A stretch of DNA of 64,000 nt from NCBI GenBank assembly GCA_937625935.1, contig OW569376.1, positions 248,001 through 312,000 of the forward strand. Direction: 5' to 3'. The notes under the pieces were generated by a model. The model ran no database searches. It saw only the letters and a list, made by a program, of their open reading frames with translations, and was not told the DNA's origin. Position numbers and translations under genes: made by a program. This DNA comes from Tetramitus jugosus. Taxonomy: Eukaryota; Protista; Heterolobosea. Shown here one piece after another: positions 10,597-22,480 of this stretch. Position 1 is the stretch's first letter. Every line of letters begins with the position of its first letter.

Positions 10597-13500
10597 ATGC
10601 TTGGTTTAGACGACTCTGACGATGATACTTTTAGTGCCTCCTCTTTTGGAGATTCCACAGGGTAAGTTCCACACCTATACCGCTTTACTCTCATGAAGCT
10701 TTCAAATGTTAACACACAACTTGATGTTTTGTCATCACAAACAAATTCCTCGATATCTAATCTGTTTCTTTGTGTCATCTGCGACTTTGTATAGAAACCG
10801 TTTGGGTTCCTTGTTCGGACAGAGTGATGCCAAGTCACAGGCCAGTCTCAAGTACACTCAAAAGAAACAGCCATCATTAACAACGTCATCTCTCAGCAAT
10901 CACCAAGCTGCATCACAACAACCTTCAGCACCAACTGTGTTGCATGCTACTGCTGTTCACTTGTATCAATAGTATGTTGTGTGCTTTCCTTTTTTTCAGC
11001 TTTTTTTATGCATGTAGAAAGCAGGACGAGCTCACTAACAACTGTGAACACATCAGCCAATCACAAACAGGCAAGTTTGAACCCGTGGGCAAAGTGGGAT
11101 GTGCCGTTTTGGGTACACCAGCCAACAATGGTGCCTCTGCTACATATCAACTATTGTGTTATCGTGCCACAAAGGACTATGTGTGTCAAGCAACGATCCC
11201 CACCAACTTTTCATTCACCATCCAAAATGGACAATACGGAAGTTTCTATGACAATAATCAACAATTGTGGAGTTTGTTGTTCCAGACACCGGACGAAGCA
11301 TTTCACTTTGGAATTTTTGTAGCGATCGCAAAGTATGCCACTCAAATCAACACTGTGTCACAAAATTCAATGGAAATCTCCTCGGTCAATATGAACGAAC
11401 AAGCAACTGCTTCCGCTTTGACCGAGAATGATGAAGATGCTGTCCGTGTTGGAAGTCGAGTCGCGGTCAAGTATACTGGATGGTTGCTGAGTTCCGAATC
11501 AGCCGTGAACTACAAGTTGGGAAAATCATTTGATAGTAACGCGAGCAGCGACAAATTATTTAGATTTAAGGTGGATGCCGGAGAAGTCATCAAGGGTTGG
11601 GACAAGGGTCTGATTGGTATGAAGGCTGGTGGAAGACGTTTCCTCGTCATTCCTCCTTCTCTTGCCTATGGAGAAGCAGGAAGACCACCTGTCATTCCTC
11701 AGAATGCTGCCCTCTGTTTCCAAATTGAGGTTGTCAAAGTGAGAAACAGTAGTAGTTCAAGTACTGCTAGTAGCTCTGGATCTATTAGCCCACAGATTCA
11801 ACCAACTATTGTAACCAAGTTGCATGCAGAGCAACCAATTGTTTCACAGAAACAAGTTTCTTCAAAGAAGCGCATGAAGAACAAGTTGCAAGCCTTTGGA
11901 ACACCTTCCCCATTCATGATGGGAAATTACATGGTCAATAACAATGATGATAGTGGTGATGATGAAGATATTCTCTCTACAGCATCATCGGATCATAGTT
12001 CTTCTCATATGTCTGTCTCCTCTCCTGTGGTACAACATCAAGTGACCACTCCAACTGTTCAGCCAGTACAACCTGTGCAGCCAGCAGTTGAGCAAACTGT
12101 CAAGGTAGATCCACAAATGGAGTTGCTGCAGCAACAAATTGCTAGTTTGCAAGCCATGTTACAACAGTCTTCCAAGCCTTCTACGCCGCAAGCCGATAGT
12201 GCCGAGTCCGAGTCTAAGAGTAAGAAAAAGAAGAAGTACAGAAAGAAGAAGCAAGATTCTTCAAGTTCCGAGGCATCTGATGAGGAGCCTGTTGCTGCTG
12301 ATTCCAAGAAGGAAACAATCAAGGCATCTACGCCAACAGTTGATAGTGATCAAGTTGCCAAGTTGATGGAGCGTTTGGAATTTATTTCAGCAAAGGTTGA
12401 AGACATCCATCAAGTCCAAGCAAAACAGTTTAGATCAGAATTGGAAGATGACGAGCACAAGAATGAGAAGTTGATGAGTGGAACTGTGTTGATTGCGAAC
12501 CTACAACATGTTCTTCAACAAAATGATCAATTGAAGTTGGAGATTGCCGCAGAAAGAGATAATGTTGATTCGTTGGTTGAAAAGGTGAGTCAGCTCAGAA
12601 AGAGAAATGAGAAGTATGCCAAGGAGTCATACCAATCTGCTCAAGAACAAGAAAATGAGCACTTGGTCAGTCAATTGGATCTTGCTAAGAAGCAACTGAC
12701 TGATTTGAAGCGTAAATGCAAGAGATTAGAGGATCAAGTCGAAACAGAAAGAGAGACTGCATCCCAAACACAAAGCGAGCACGATAATCAAATCAAGCAG
12801 CTGAAGAAGCAATTGGAGGAAGCAAAGGTGCAATCCAGAGAGCGTGAGGTTCAATTGCAAAATGATTTCCTTGAACAAAAGAAGAATTATGAAGAGCAAA
12901 TCAAGCAATACTCTCATGAGTCACAGAACACTGAAGTGGAACGTTCTCAACGAGAACAGCAACTACAAACATTGTTGCAACAAACTCAAACTAAACTCTC
13001 AAATACCTCAAGTGAGCTATTGAAGGTTCAGAGTGAATTGACACATGTCCAGGGAGAGCTGCAAGAAAGAGACTCTTCCTTGCTTCAAAAGCAAAGTAGA
13101 ATCAATCTGTTGGAAACAAAGAACGCAAGTTTGGCCAAGAGAGTGGATGACTTGGAATCTGAATCTGGTGAAGTGACAGACCAAGTCAGGGAGTCTGAGA
13201 AGAACATTAGTAATCTCTCTAGACAATTAGAACAACTCAAGACAGCTTTGCAAGAGAAGCATGCTGAACTCTTGGAATCACAAGAAGAACTTTCTCAAGC
13301 AAATGAACAGCATGAAGAAACATTGGATAACTTGCGAGAGGCATTCAAGAGTCGTTTACAAGAGTACCAAGCCAATCAATTGCAAGAGTCTGTCTCTGAG
13401 ACACTCCAACAAGCACTCCGTTGGATGGTTCGTAATGTTTATTCTACCATGAAGGATTCTGCATTGCAAGGACAAGTTGAAAAGAGATACAAGGGACAGA

Positions 13501-14939
13501 AGATATTGTCTGCCCTTGCAGGTGTTCTGAAACACTATATGGTTCTCCTCATTGAGAATGTTGATGAAGGTGTTGATATCGATGAAATTGAAGTCGAACA
13601 ACCTGAATCTGTTGAACTTTCTGATGACGAGGGCGAGCAAAGTGGACAAGAAGAAGAAAACATTGAAGAAGCAGAAGAGCCAGTCAGTCAAGCAGTTGAT
13701 CAACAAGAAGAAGTTGAGCAAGAAGCGGTTGAATCAATTGAGCAAGAAGAGGAACCTGAGCAAGAGGAAACTGAGCAAGAGGAAACTGAGCAAGAGGAAA
13801 CTGAGCAAGAAGTTGAACCAATTGAACAGGAGCACGTAGTTGAAGATGAAGAGGAGGAAGTTCCGGAAGAAACACAGGAACAAGAAGACCAAATCACTGA
13901 AGATGATCTAGCACAACCAGAAACTGTTGAACAACCAGAAGAGCAGACAGAAGATGAAGGTATTGAAGAAGCAGAGGAAACTGAGGTTGAGGAGCAAGAA
14001 ATCGGAGAGTCTGCACATGAGCAAGAAGACGAAGAGCAAGAGGAAATCGTAGAAGAGCATGCTGAAAATGAAGAAGAACAACAACCCGTTGAATCAAATA
14101 TTTCTCTTGAGCAAGATGTGGAAGAGGTTGAGCACACCAATGAGGAGGAAAATGTACCATCTGATGTAGACGCATCTGAAGAGGTACATTCGGAAGAGGA
14201 ACAACATGTTGAACAAGAGGAAAGTACTGTTGGTGTTGAAGAGGACACTAATCAACACACCGAAGATATCGAATCTGAACCTGTTCACAGTGCTGTCGAA
14301 GAATCTCCACTGAAGGATGACGAGGACGAGTCTGTTCCTGTTGAATCCCAACAAAACGTTGTCGGTGGTTTCGCTTTTGGTTTGCGAGCTCTGCTTCTTT
14401 CAAAACCCCAGGAGGATGAGAATGAGCAAGGAGAGGAGAAGGAAGTCGAAGAAGACAAAGCCCAAGATGAAACAAACGAACCAAGTCCTCGCGAAGAACA
14501 ACAACCAAATGAGGAGGAAGATCAAGATGAAATCAATGAGGAGGAAGAGAACGGTTCAAATGAAGAGGTTGACAACGATGCAACTCCTTCTGAGGAACAC
14601 AACAATGAAGAAATTGTCAGTGAAGAAGCTGCCAATGAAGAAATTGTAAGTGAAGAACAAGAGGAACAAGAAAATGACTTGAATAATGAACCTGAACAGA
14701 GTCAACCATTGAACATCTCGACTGAAGTTATTACCCCTCAGACGAACAATACTTCCAAGCCTAACACACCAAGCAAACTATTTAGCTACAGTGACGATGA
14801 GGACGATATACCAGTGCCATTCGCACCTAAAGTAGTAGAACCAACGGCTGAAGATCTCCAAAAACAAGAACAACTTCAAAAAGCAAAGAAGGCAAGTACT
14901 TCGAAACTGTTCATGGACGATGATGATGATTTCTGGTAA
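10597..14939 (+). CDS. FKBP15: FKBP15/WAFL homologue: WH1-like + FKBP + coiled coil + acidic tail; exons 10597-10661, 10795-10971, 11057-14939
   Basis: Spliced N-terminus MLGLDDSDDD..NRLGSLFG..LKYTQKKQP..VLHATAVHLYQY..GKVGCAVLG..FYDNNQQLWSLLF matches FKBP15. FKBP core VKYTGWL..FDSN..VIKGWDKGL..IPPSLAYG. Introns GTAAGT..TAG (10662-10794) and GTATGT..CTAAC..CAG (10972-11056). Confidence 0.9.
13756..13810 (+). repeat. 15-bp tandem repeat (CTGAGCAAGAGGAAA) x about 3.7, encoding EQEET
   Basis: Directly visible inside the FKBP15 acidic region. Confidence 0.95.
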
Positions 14940-15035
14940 CTAAAATCAGGTTAATATTTCATAACCAACTCTGAATAAATAACTTATATTTTGTAATTGT
15001 ATGCTTCATTTTTCCTTGTAAGAATTTATTTTCTC

Positions 15036-16028
15036 TCAATACATTGCCAGTGTGCTACAACAGAGCAAGCTCGTGATGGAATACAATATGGACATTGGAT
15101 ACTTAGCACTTGTTTTCTTGAACTGCCGAGAACTATCGTGATACTTTGACCACGAAATGTGTCGTATTACACCACAAAGAATAGACACAAGTGCACTCCG
15201 TGTTACAGTCTTCTCCAAGTGCATCTTGCCGTGCCTTTTCCAATGAGTAAAGAACAAAATGAATGGCAATACTAAACAATAAGAACCTAAACGATGATAG
15301 GTGGAAACAAAAGAAGCGTCTTTCACTTCACCATCCTTGTTCTTAAACAGCTCTAAACTGAGCCCAGAGTTCTTTGACAAGCCAGGTATCTGATCATTGA
15401 TCTGATCCGGTGTTAAATCATTGCGCGAGCACAGGGACAGCAATTTAGTCCTCTGTGAATTGATGGAAAAGTGTTCGTTGAATCGGAAGAGGAGATATGC
15501 AGTTTTCGAGTCCAAAGCAAGAACGCTCTCGGTCTCTTGCCGAACGCTCGCTAATTGTCCTGTCCAGTAATACCTATCATTCGATGACATGTCGTACCAC
15601 TTCCAACATACAACCTCCATGTTTGCGCACCGCTCATTCACCGTAAAATAGGAGAAAATTGAAAGCCACAACTCATCGGGCAAAATTTCCCAATTGCTCC
15701 GAGTCTGCTCCTCGCCAGGCCGTGTGCACAATAATAATTGTTGTAGTTGATATTGTTCAGGTTGTTCTGGTTGTTGTTGTTGTGCGATACAGGCGGCACT
15801 CTGATTCATCTTCAATAGCAATAAACTTCTATTCTCAATAATTTCACTCTGTACTTGATTCTGAATCATCTCTACTTCGTAGTGATTTCTCTGGTGGAGC
15901 CAATGATCTATTGCTGGGAATGAATGACAGAACAGTTCAGTCACAGATGGAATGAGACTGATCAGATGAGTGTTGAATGATATGGGAGTGTTATCCGCTT
16001 TGGTATAGTCGAAATCGTCAAAAAACAT
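15036..16028 (-). CDS. F-box protein with hydrophobic C-terminal segments
   Basis: WEILPDELWLSIFSYFTVNERCANMEVVCWKWYDMSSNDRYYW F-box; first in-frame ATG at 16028 (MFFDDF). Confidence 0.8.
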   Translation of the reverse strand: MFFDDFDYTKADNTPISFNTHLISLIPSVTELFCHSFPAIDHWLHQRNHYEVEMIQNQVQSEIIENRSLLLLKMNQSAACIAQQQQPEQPEQYQLQQLLLCTRPGEEQTRSNWEILPDELWLSIFSYFTVNERCANMEVVCWKWYDMSSNDRYYWTGQLASVRQETESVLALDSKTAYLLFRFNEHFSINSQRTKLLSLCSRNDLTPDQINDQIPGLSKNSGLSLELFKNKDGEVKDASFVSTYHRLGSYCLVLPFILFFTHWKRHGKMHLEKTVTRSALVSILCGVIRHISWSKYHDSSRQFKKTSAKYPMSILYSITSLLCCSTLAMY

Positions 16029-16684
16029 GATTGTGTTGCGAGTCTCAGTATATAGTTTATGTTGGACTTTATGACTTTGACTTGTTTGATACTTTTGAGT
16101 TGGATAGTGTGATGGTGGGTGGTGGATTGGGCCGACAGGATGGGTTGGAGTGTGTGCACAAATTCTTCCATGATGATCGAGCTCTAAAAATTTTTTCAAA
16201 GCGGCTTTCAGTTTACGGGAGAACACATTTGGGGTTTTCAATCCTAAAATATTTCTGGAGTTTCAATGTCGCAACTTTATCCAATGCCATATCTGGAAAT
16301 TAACCAGTTCTCGTTCTACAAACATTAGGTGATTCTCTACTTGAGGAAATTGGCTTTAATGAGAAGTTTGTTCAGTTTGTTAGTTGATTGGTTCCGCTTG
16401 ATGGTTGTTGGTGTTCAACATCTCTTTGGCTGGGAAAGATCTGGAACTATTGAGGAATCAAATTGTGGTTTGAAATTATTTCCAGTAAGAACACCTAGAT
16501 GATTAACTAATCATGCTTCACGGAAGGTAAGGCAGACTACTGTGAACTGATCACTTTATAGTGTGAGGTGTTGTAAAAAAACGATCAAGCTACTCCATAG
16601 GAGATTTTTTTTGGCAGGAATCACTTTTTCTTTGATTTTTTCTTTTGGACGAACAACAAAAAAGCAAAGCAGAAGCACCATCAA

Positions 16685-17456
16685 ATGAACACGTCGACAC
16701 ACGAGTACACATTCAAATATATTATCATTGGGGATAGCGGTGTGGGTAAAAGCTCAATAATGTCCCAATTCACAGATGGCAAATGTAAGCTTTTCCATTG
16801 CTTTTTTTATTGGAATTTGAATTTAATTTGAATGCATTTGTGATCTGGTGATCTGAACATCATTTCTCTTCATTCTCCTATCATACGTACTCACACTACA
16901 CTCTTTGGCAGTTCAAATGAACCTACCCCATACGCTCGGTGTTGAATTTGGTGCCAAAGTCATCGACATTAACAACAATCATGTCAAGCTTCAAGTGTGG
17001 GACACTGCAGGTCAAGAGAGGTTTCGTTCTGTGACTCGATCTTACTACAGGGGCAGTGCAGGTGCATTGTTGGTCTATGATGTGACCCGAAGAGAAACTT
17101 TTATTCATTTAACCAACTGGTTGACCGACTGTCGGAATCAAACGACTCCCAACACTGTGATTCTCATGATTGGTAACAAGTGTGATCTGAACGATCAGAG
17201 ACAAGTGAGTTCCGAAGAGGCCAAAGAATTTGCGCAGGAAAATAATTTGCTGTACATGGAGACGAGCGCGAAAATGGGAACCAACGTTGAAGAATCATTT
17301 GTCAGCACGGCGAAAAAGATTTTTAGTAATATTGAGCGTGGAACGATTGATGCGAATACAATGGACAGTGGGGTGTCGTTCCCTGTGAGTTCCATGATGC
17401 ATGCAAGTGCATTGAATGATTCAAGTTCGCAATACCCTTCCACGTGTCAGTGCTGA
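16685..17456 (+). CDS. RAB14: Rab GTPase, Rab14-like; exons 16685-16784 and 16912-17456
   Basis: Exon 1 [23 protein letters not shown]; intron GTAAGC..CAG 16785-16911; [47 protein letters not shown]; CQC prenylation end. Confidence 0.88.
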
Positions 17457-17483
17457 TGATGATGAGATGCTGTTTTTTCTAAT

Positions 17484-18090
17484 TCATGATAGCTCTTCTG
17501 AGATCTGAGCAAGCTTGGTGGCGACTTGCTCAAAAGTGGGTCGTTTGTGTCGATCGGATTGCCAACAACTCGTTGTTAACTCATAAAAAGCTTCTACAAT
17601 GTGAGCGACATTGGCAGAAGAATTGTAGATATCGTAATTGCTCTGAGCAAAAAATTGGTTTAACACTTTTCATCGTGCCCTTTTCGAGTCAAGAACCTGG
17701 GTTCCTGTGGTGCCGAATACTCTATGTGGAGAAATGGGAGTTCATCAAAATTACAACCAAATTACACACGACTTACCAATCGTTGCATAAGAGACTCCAA
17801 TCGTAAATGCGGTATTGGCCGCTTTGCTCAAACCAAAATCATTCTCACGTCTCCTCTCTCATCCAACAATATATTTTGAGGTTTCCAATCTGTGTATGAT
17901 ACGAGGGTTCCTTTAGTGCAAATAAGTCATCGTCAGCAATCTGGGATAGAATACTTATTTTCTTCCTCAAATCGTTGAAATTACGGTTCACTTGGATGAC
18001 AAACTTGCCTGACACCACTCAACACGAGGTGTCGCAGGGATGATGCAGTCATTTTGGCATCGACGACCAACAACAATTCAGGAGAAGCAA
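17484..18090 (-). pseudogene. Decayed tyrosine-kinase-like (TKL) kinase domain with retained intron
   Basis: Piecewise translation: PELLLVV..SSLRHL / KISILSQIAD(fs)MTYLH*RNPRIIHR(fs)WKPQNILLDERGDVR(fs)DFGLSK..TI|E-YSAP..DEKC* / SCWQSDRHKRPTFEQV. TAA at 17913-17915; intron GTAAGT..ATAG 17776-17722. Confidence 0.85.
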
Positions 18091-18231
18091 CAGCGATAGA
18101 ATGGCTGCCAGGAGGCAAAATTGAGATAGTCGTGGTCATAGTTTTTGTATTGGCTGATAGGAGGGCGGAGAAAATCACAAAGCTCATAGTCTCATAAGGA
18201 AAATTATTGTTGTGGCAACGACGTTCCAGTA

Positions 18232-21102
18232 CTAGTATGGCAGAGATTCACTCATTGCTGTACTAATTCGGAATTCATCCTTCTTGTGCAGTACGTACAT
18301 GAGTTGGGCGGACTTGGGAGAGTTGTAGTATGGACGAGGTGCCCTTGTCCTAAAAATGTACTCTTTGACCATGTCTTGGGTCTGTAGAGTCAGGTTGCGC
18401 AAGATTTCAACTTTTTCATCTGAGAAATCAACTGCAAAACCTTGATTCATCAATTGTTCAATGACTGACCTTTCCGTTGTTGAATAGGGTTCGTCAACAA
18501 AGCGGAACTCTAAGCTAACATACACAGATGCGAGCCATTCTGCCTCATGGTACTTGTGAAGTAATAACTCTAATACATCGAACAAATTATCAGAATCTGA
18601 AGGAGTGAGCAGCAACTGCTTTAGTTCCTTCTTGAGTTCGTGCAGTGCAGAATGAATTGACTTTGGCACATCCGTTTCATCAGGACCACAATACTCTGAA
18701 ATCAAATCAGCTAAACAATCATATGCCCACACAAAAATGGCATTCGTAATGTGGCGCAAGTAGTTTGAAGGTTCCATCATTTCAAATTCGTGACAAATCT
18801 TTTCTGCTTCTTTCTTAAAGTTAAACAATGGCTTTTGTTTCTTCACCGGAACAGGTTCTGCCTTTTCCCAGATTTCTTTCCATAGATTATCTCCTTCCAT
18901 TCTTTGACTAATTGAACCGTCACTTAGTACATCATTCGGTGAATACCAGCCCAGAAAGTCTCTAAACGTCACAGGTTCTTCAATATCTCTATTCACATAT
19001 TTGAAAGCTTGAATATCTGACAAGACTGAACCACATTGATACTCTGCTCGTTTCTTCACATCACTAATGGATGTAATAAATTCTTGTTGTTCGGTTACCA
19101 TGTCCTCAGTTTTAGGAGGTGTTGGTTGTGTCACAGGTATGTTAATCTTTTTATCTCCATGAATAATCATCTCATCTGCGATATCCTCCTCATATAAAGA
19201 TCCTTGTAGATCATCAGATATTATATCTTCGCCCCAAGCTATGCCTTCTTCTACATCAATATGTTCTCGTTCTTCCAATCCTAGGTTATGTTTCACCTGG
19301 GCAAGACAACAAATATTTAACATGTCAAGTTTTTGAACAACTAAATCATCGGACCAATCAATCTTGTTGTTGCAAAATGGAATAATGAAAGTCTCTAAAG
19401 AATCAGGATCAGAGCTGGTGGCATTTTGAGACCATTCCCAGTATCTGCGTAATTGTGAAATGAATATTCTCCACATATGTGTGATATTCTGCCAATCACC
19501 CGTATCATTGATATAAAACAGTACCGCTTTCGCGAATTGACCCATCAAATGCTTATGGGAATATGACTTGGCCATCTTGCTTTTGTTTTGTTCATTAATC
19601 ACCTCATCTCCCATCACTTCATCAAATATGGAATCTAACCGCGATTCAATCTCTGATGTTGTCATAGGATCTAAATGAGTGAGATGGCTACCAGACATTT
19701 TCAGCATTGGAACATAAGCATCGTCAACAAACTTCTTTAAAGATTGAGCCATGATCGTCATCGTACCAAACTTGCGATATTTGCACCGACATTCCCAGGA
19801 TTGGGCCATTCGAACAGGTAAACTCTCTATCATTTGAATATCCTCTCCTGTAGAATTATTGCCCAATCTAAATTTACATGAAATATGGAGTGATTCAATA
19901 GGGTCACATACTGTACCCATCTTAACTCTCTCCGCACTATTGTACAGCTTCCATTCGTCAAATTCAGAGAGCATATAGGTGTATCTAGCGGACAATGAAA
20001 CAACCAAAGAAGAAACATGCCCTCCGATCTGCAAACAAAACAGGTCATACAAGCCATTAACCTTTGTGTAAAGTGGTGGTATATTTTGGCCACGCTTCAG
20101 CACTTCACTCCTAAACTTTACAATATTGGAAGAGGAGTTGTTTCTCCAAATGCCCTCATATTCTAGCAGAGTGGGATCAACACATACAAAACATGGTACG
20201 TCCAACTTATTTCGGTGAGCTGCAATCGACAGTGCGGATAGAGTCATCTTTCGATCAATTTCGTTCATTCTTTCTGATCTGTAATGATTATTGTTTGTCG
20301 TCGCTGATACTCCTCTTCGATCAAACATGTTGGTTTTATGAAACATTTGATTGGATTTCCTGCTGGCAGAATTCAAGTTGATATTTTGTTGTTGGATATG
20401 TTGTTCAGTTCTTGCACCTCTGAAAACCAACATTCGTTTTGTTTGGAACCATCGTGTCAAATGATGAGCACGATGAGGATAATCATTGGAATCACAGAGA
20501 AGAACATGATTGCAAACTGCTAATCCCTCATCCTCACTCTCATCACTGTCATCATCGCCACCATTGCCATCACCACTTTTATCATATGAATCTTCATTCT
20601 TATTCTTCACATGAGAACCTGAATCAACTGCAATTGACTCTGATGCAACATTACCACCATCCACGTGGTGAGATCCCTCACTCGAATCATCCAAATGAAA
20701 ATAACTGAGCTCATAACGCTCATACTGCCTTGTTTTCATCATTTTTCGATGCTCAAAAAACTCTTGTTCCTGATTTGTCGATTCAAACAAGTGAATCTTG
20801 TGTCTAATGTGCTTCATTTCACCATCCATCTCATGCACCAGACGTTCCCAATCGGAAGCTGTGGAAAAATCATGAATTTCAAGAAAATTGGTCTTTGAAC
20901 GCCTCGATGCATCACTCGCAGCATGTTCTTCGCCAATGTCATCATCGTCGGCACCAACCATTGTCCTCATCATTGAGTCTCCAAGGGAAGAAACTTCATC
21001 TTGTTCGTCATCACTTGAATCATCTCCACCTCCAAAAATGGAAGAATCAGCAGAGATATATTCTTCTTGTTCTTTCTGTTGCTGATGTTCTGCAATGCTC
21101 AT
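18232..21102 (-). CDS. RAB3GAP1: Rab3 GTPase-activating protein catalytic subunit
   Basis: EIHDFSTASDWERLV N-terminal motif; PVTQPTPPKTEDM, LSDIQAFK, DFLGWYSPND, ISQRM (Arg finger), PVPVKKQKPLFN. ATG at 21102 (MSIAEHQ). Confidence 0.92.
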   Translation of the reverse strand: MSIAEHQQQKEQEEYISADSSIFGGGDDSSDDEQDEVSSLGDSMMRTMVGADDDDIGEEHAASDASRRSKTNFLEIHDFSTASDWERLVHEMDGEMKHIRHKIHLFESTNQEQEFFEHRKMMKTRQYERYELSYFHLDDSSEGSHHVDGGNVASESIAVDSGSHVKNKNEDSYDKSGDGNGGDDDSDESEDEGLAVCNHVLLCDSNDYPHRAHHLTRWFQTKRMLVFRGARTEQHIQQQNINLNSASRKSNQMFHKTNMFDRRGVSATTNNNHYRSERMNEIDRKMTLSALSIAAHRNKLDVPCFVCVDPTLLEYEGIWRNNSSSNIVKFRSEVLKRGQNIPPLYTKVNGLYDLFCLQIGGHVSSLVVSLSARYTYMLSEFDEWKLYNSAERVKMGTVCDPIESLHISCKFRLGNNSTGEDIQMIESLPVRMAQSWECRCKYRKFGTMTIMAQSLKKFVDDAYVPMLKMSGSHLTHLDPMTTSEIESRLDSIFDEVMGDEVINEQNKSKMAKSYSHKHLMGQFAKAVLFYINDTGDWQNITHMWRIFISQLRRYWEWSQNATSSDPDSLETFIIPFCNNKIDWSDDLVVQKLDMLNICCLAQVKHNLGLEEREHIDVEEGIAWGEDIISDDLQGSLYEEDIADEMIIHGDKKINIPVTQPTPPKTEDMVTEQQEFITSISDVKKRAEYQCGSVLSDIQAFKYVNRDIEEPVTFRDFLGWYSPNDVLSDGSISQRMEGDNLWKEIWEKAEPVPVKKQKPLFNFKKEAEKICHEFEMMEPSNYLRHITNAIFVWAYDCLADLISEYCGPDETDVPKSIHSALHELKKELKQLLLTPSDSDNLFDVLELLLHKYHEAEWLASVYVSLEFRFVDEPYSTTERSVIEQLMNQGFAVDFSDEKVEILRNLTLQTQDMVKEYIFRTRAPRPYYNSPKSAQLMYVLHKKDEFRISTAMSESLPY

Positions 21103-21373
21103 CCAAAGAAAAGAGTGTTTGTTTGTTGTCCACTTGATTGTTGATCTGGAATTTGTCCGACAAGGAGAAATGGAACACTCGAAAATACAACTGGACAATC
21201 TAAAATTGGTTGGTGAGATTTTGTTTAAGTTGAGTGCGGAAGGAGCTTGATGAATCTGAGAGAGAGCAATGGAGGAATAGACCAAGTCCTCGAGAAACAG
21301 AATCAGAGTGTGACTTCAAAAAACAACAACATCAAAACGCTCAAAAGCTCCTACTAATAGACGAGAAGACGAG

Positions 21374-22480
21374 ATGCCATCCTCATTTGACAAGATACAA
21401 GAGCTGGATGATCAAGCAAGAATAAGTTTACCCATCATTGACCCATCTATTCCTCCTTCCAACTACTTTTCTCATGCAGCAGATTGTATCCACAGAGCCG
21501 GAGAATTCAAGTTGAGAAATGACTTGGATATGACTTATCTCTATCTCATGAAGTATTTTGTTCTGATCACGGAACTAATGCCTCAACATCCAAACTTGGA
21601 GAGTGATATGGACGAATTTCATTATAATTGCGAGAAATGTGCCGGCAGACTCAGTCAGGAATTAGTTTCGCTGAGAAATCAGATTGAAGCCAAGAGCTAC
21701 AGAGCATCACATACGATTTTGGACTCTCCAGTGCCCTCAGATGACATTATGAACCATAAGAAGAACTTGCCTCCGAAACCTGCTCTGGTTCAAAACAATC
21801 ATGATACCAAGCCCCCAAAGAGTCCAGCTGTTGAAGTAGATGACAACAAGAATCGACCAAAGAAGAAATCTGGGTTCTTTAGTAGAAAAAGTAAAACGAA
21901 TACAACCAGTCCTCTCTACTCTCACAACAACAATAACAATAGTATTATGAACGATAACCAATCCACTCTTTCTCAACAATCACACCCTGTTTCTACACCA
22001 ACGATCCCTGAACCAGCACAGATCCCAGACAAGAAAGTGAAAGATACTAACAATGATTGGTTTTCTGATCCAATTGGAAAGGGAGTATCAAGTATTGTGA
22101 ACAATGACTCAATTCAGTCTCGAACTGGAGATGCCATCTCAAGTGCCTCTCAGAATGCTGCAGTACAACGCAATGTTGGTCAATATCTGGCACAACACTC
22201 TTCGAATGCCGGTGTGAAATATTTGGCTTCGAATCAAACTGTTCAGAAGAGTATTGGGTCAGCCATTGCTCACAGTGCACAGGACAAACAGGTTCAACAA
22301 CAGATAGGATCCTCTATTGCTCGATCGGTGGCCAACACTGACAAGACAAAGTTGTGGGGCAATGTAACAAGCGGCGTTAAAGCTGGATCTTCTCTCGCCT
22401 TGTCAACACGTTCTAACAAAAACCAACAAGGGGGACCCAAAAGTGATGAATCGCCCTCAAGAAGCGACTGGTGGATGTAA
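21374..22480 (+). CDS. AMSH/USP8-type MIT domain protein lacking a protease domain
   Basis: NYFSHAADCIHRAGEFKLRNDLDMTYLYLMKYFVLITELMPQHP resembles the STAMBP/USP8 N-terminus; then a PPKP Pro-rich linker and repeated amphipathic VQ..IG..IA helices. Confidence 0.75.
   Translation: MPSSFDKIQELDDQARISLPIIDPSIPPSNYFSHAADCIHRAGEFKLRNDLDMTYLYLMKYFVLITELMPQHPNLESDMDEFHYNCEKCAGRLSQELVSLRNQIEAKSYRASHTILDSPVPSDDIMNHKKNLPPKPALVQNNHDTKPPKSPAVEVDDNKNRPKKKSGFFSRKSKTNTTSPLYSHNNNNNSIMNDNQSTLSQQSHPVSTPTIPEPAQIPDKKVKDTNNDWFSDPIGKGVSSIVNNDSIQSRTGDAISSASQNAAVQRNVGQYLAQHSSNAGVKYLASNQTVQKSIGSAIAHSAQDKQVQQQIGSSIARSVANTDKTKLWGNVTSGVKAGSSLALSTRSNKNQQGGPKSDESPSRSDWWM

Noticed and set aside
13700-14248. Long antisense or off-frame ORFs (also 25855-26337, 36384-36722, 39834-40340, 40542-41099, 46936-47415 and others)
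   Set aside because: Shadows of real genes or of trinucleotide repeats, giving poly-C/V/I/L sequences with no domain signal.
16290-16470. Protein-like frame (LGDSLLEEIGFNEKFVQFVS*) in the F-box/Rab14 spacer
   Set aside because: Short, interrupted by stops, no recognisable family.
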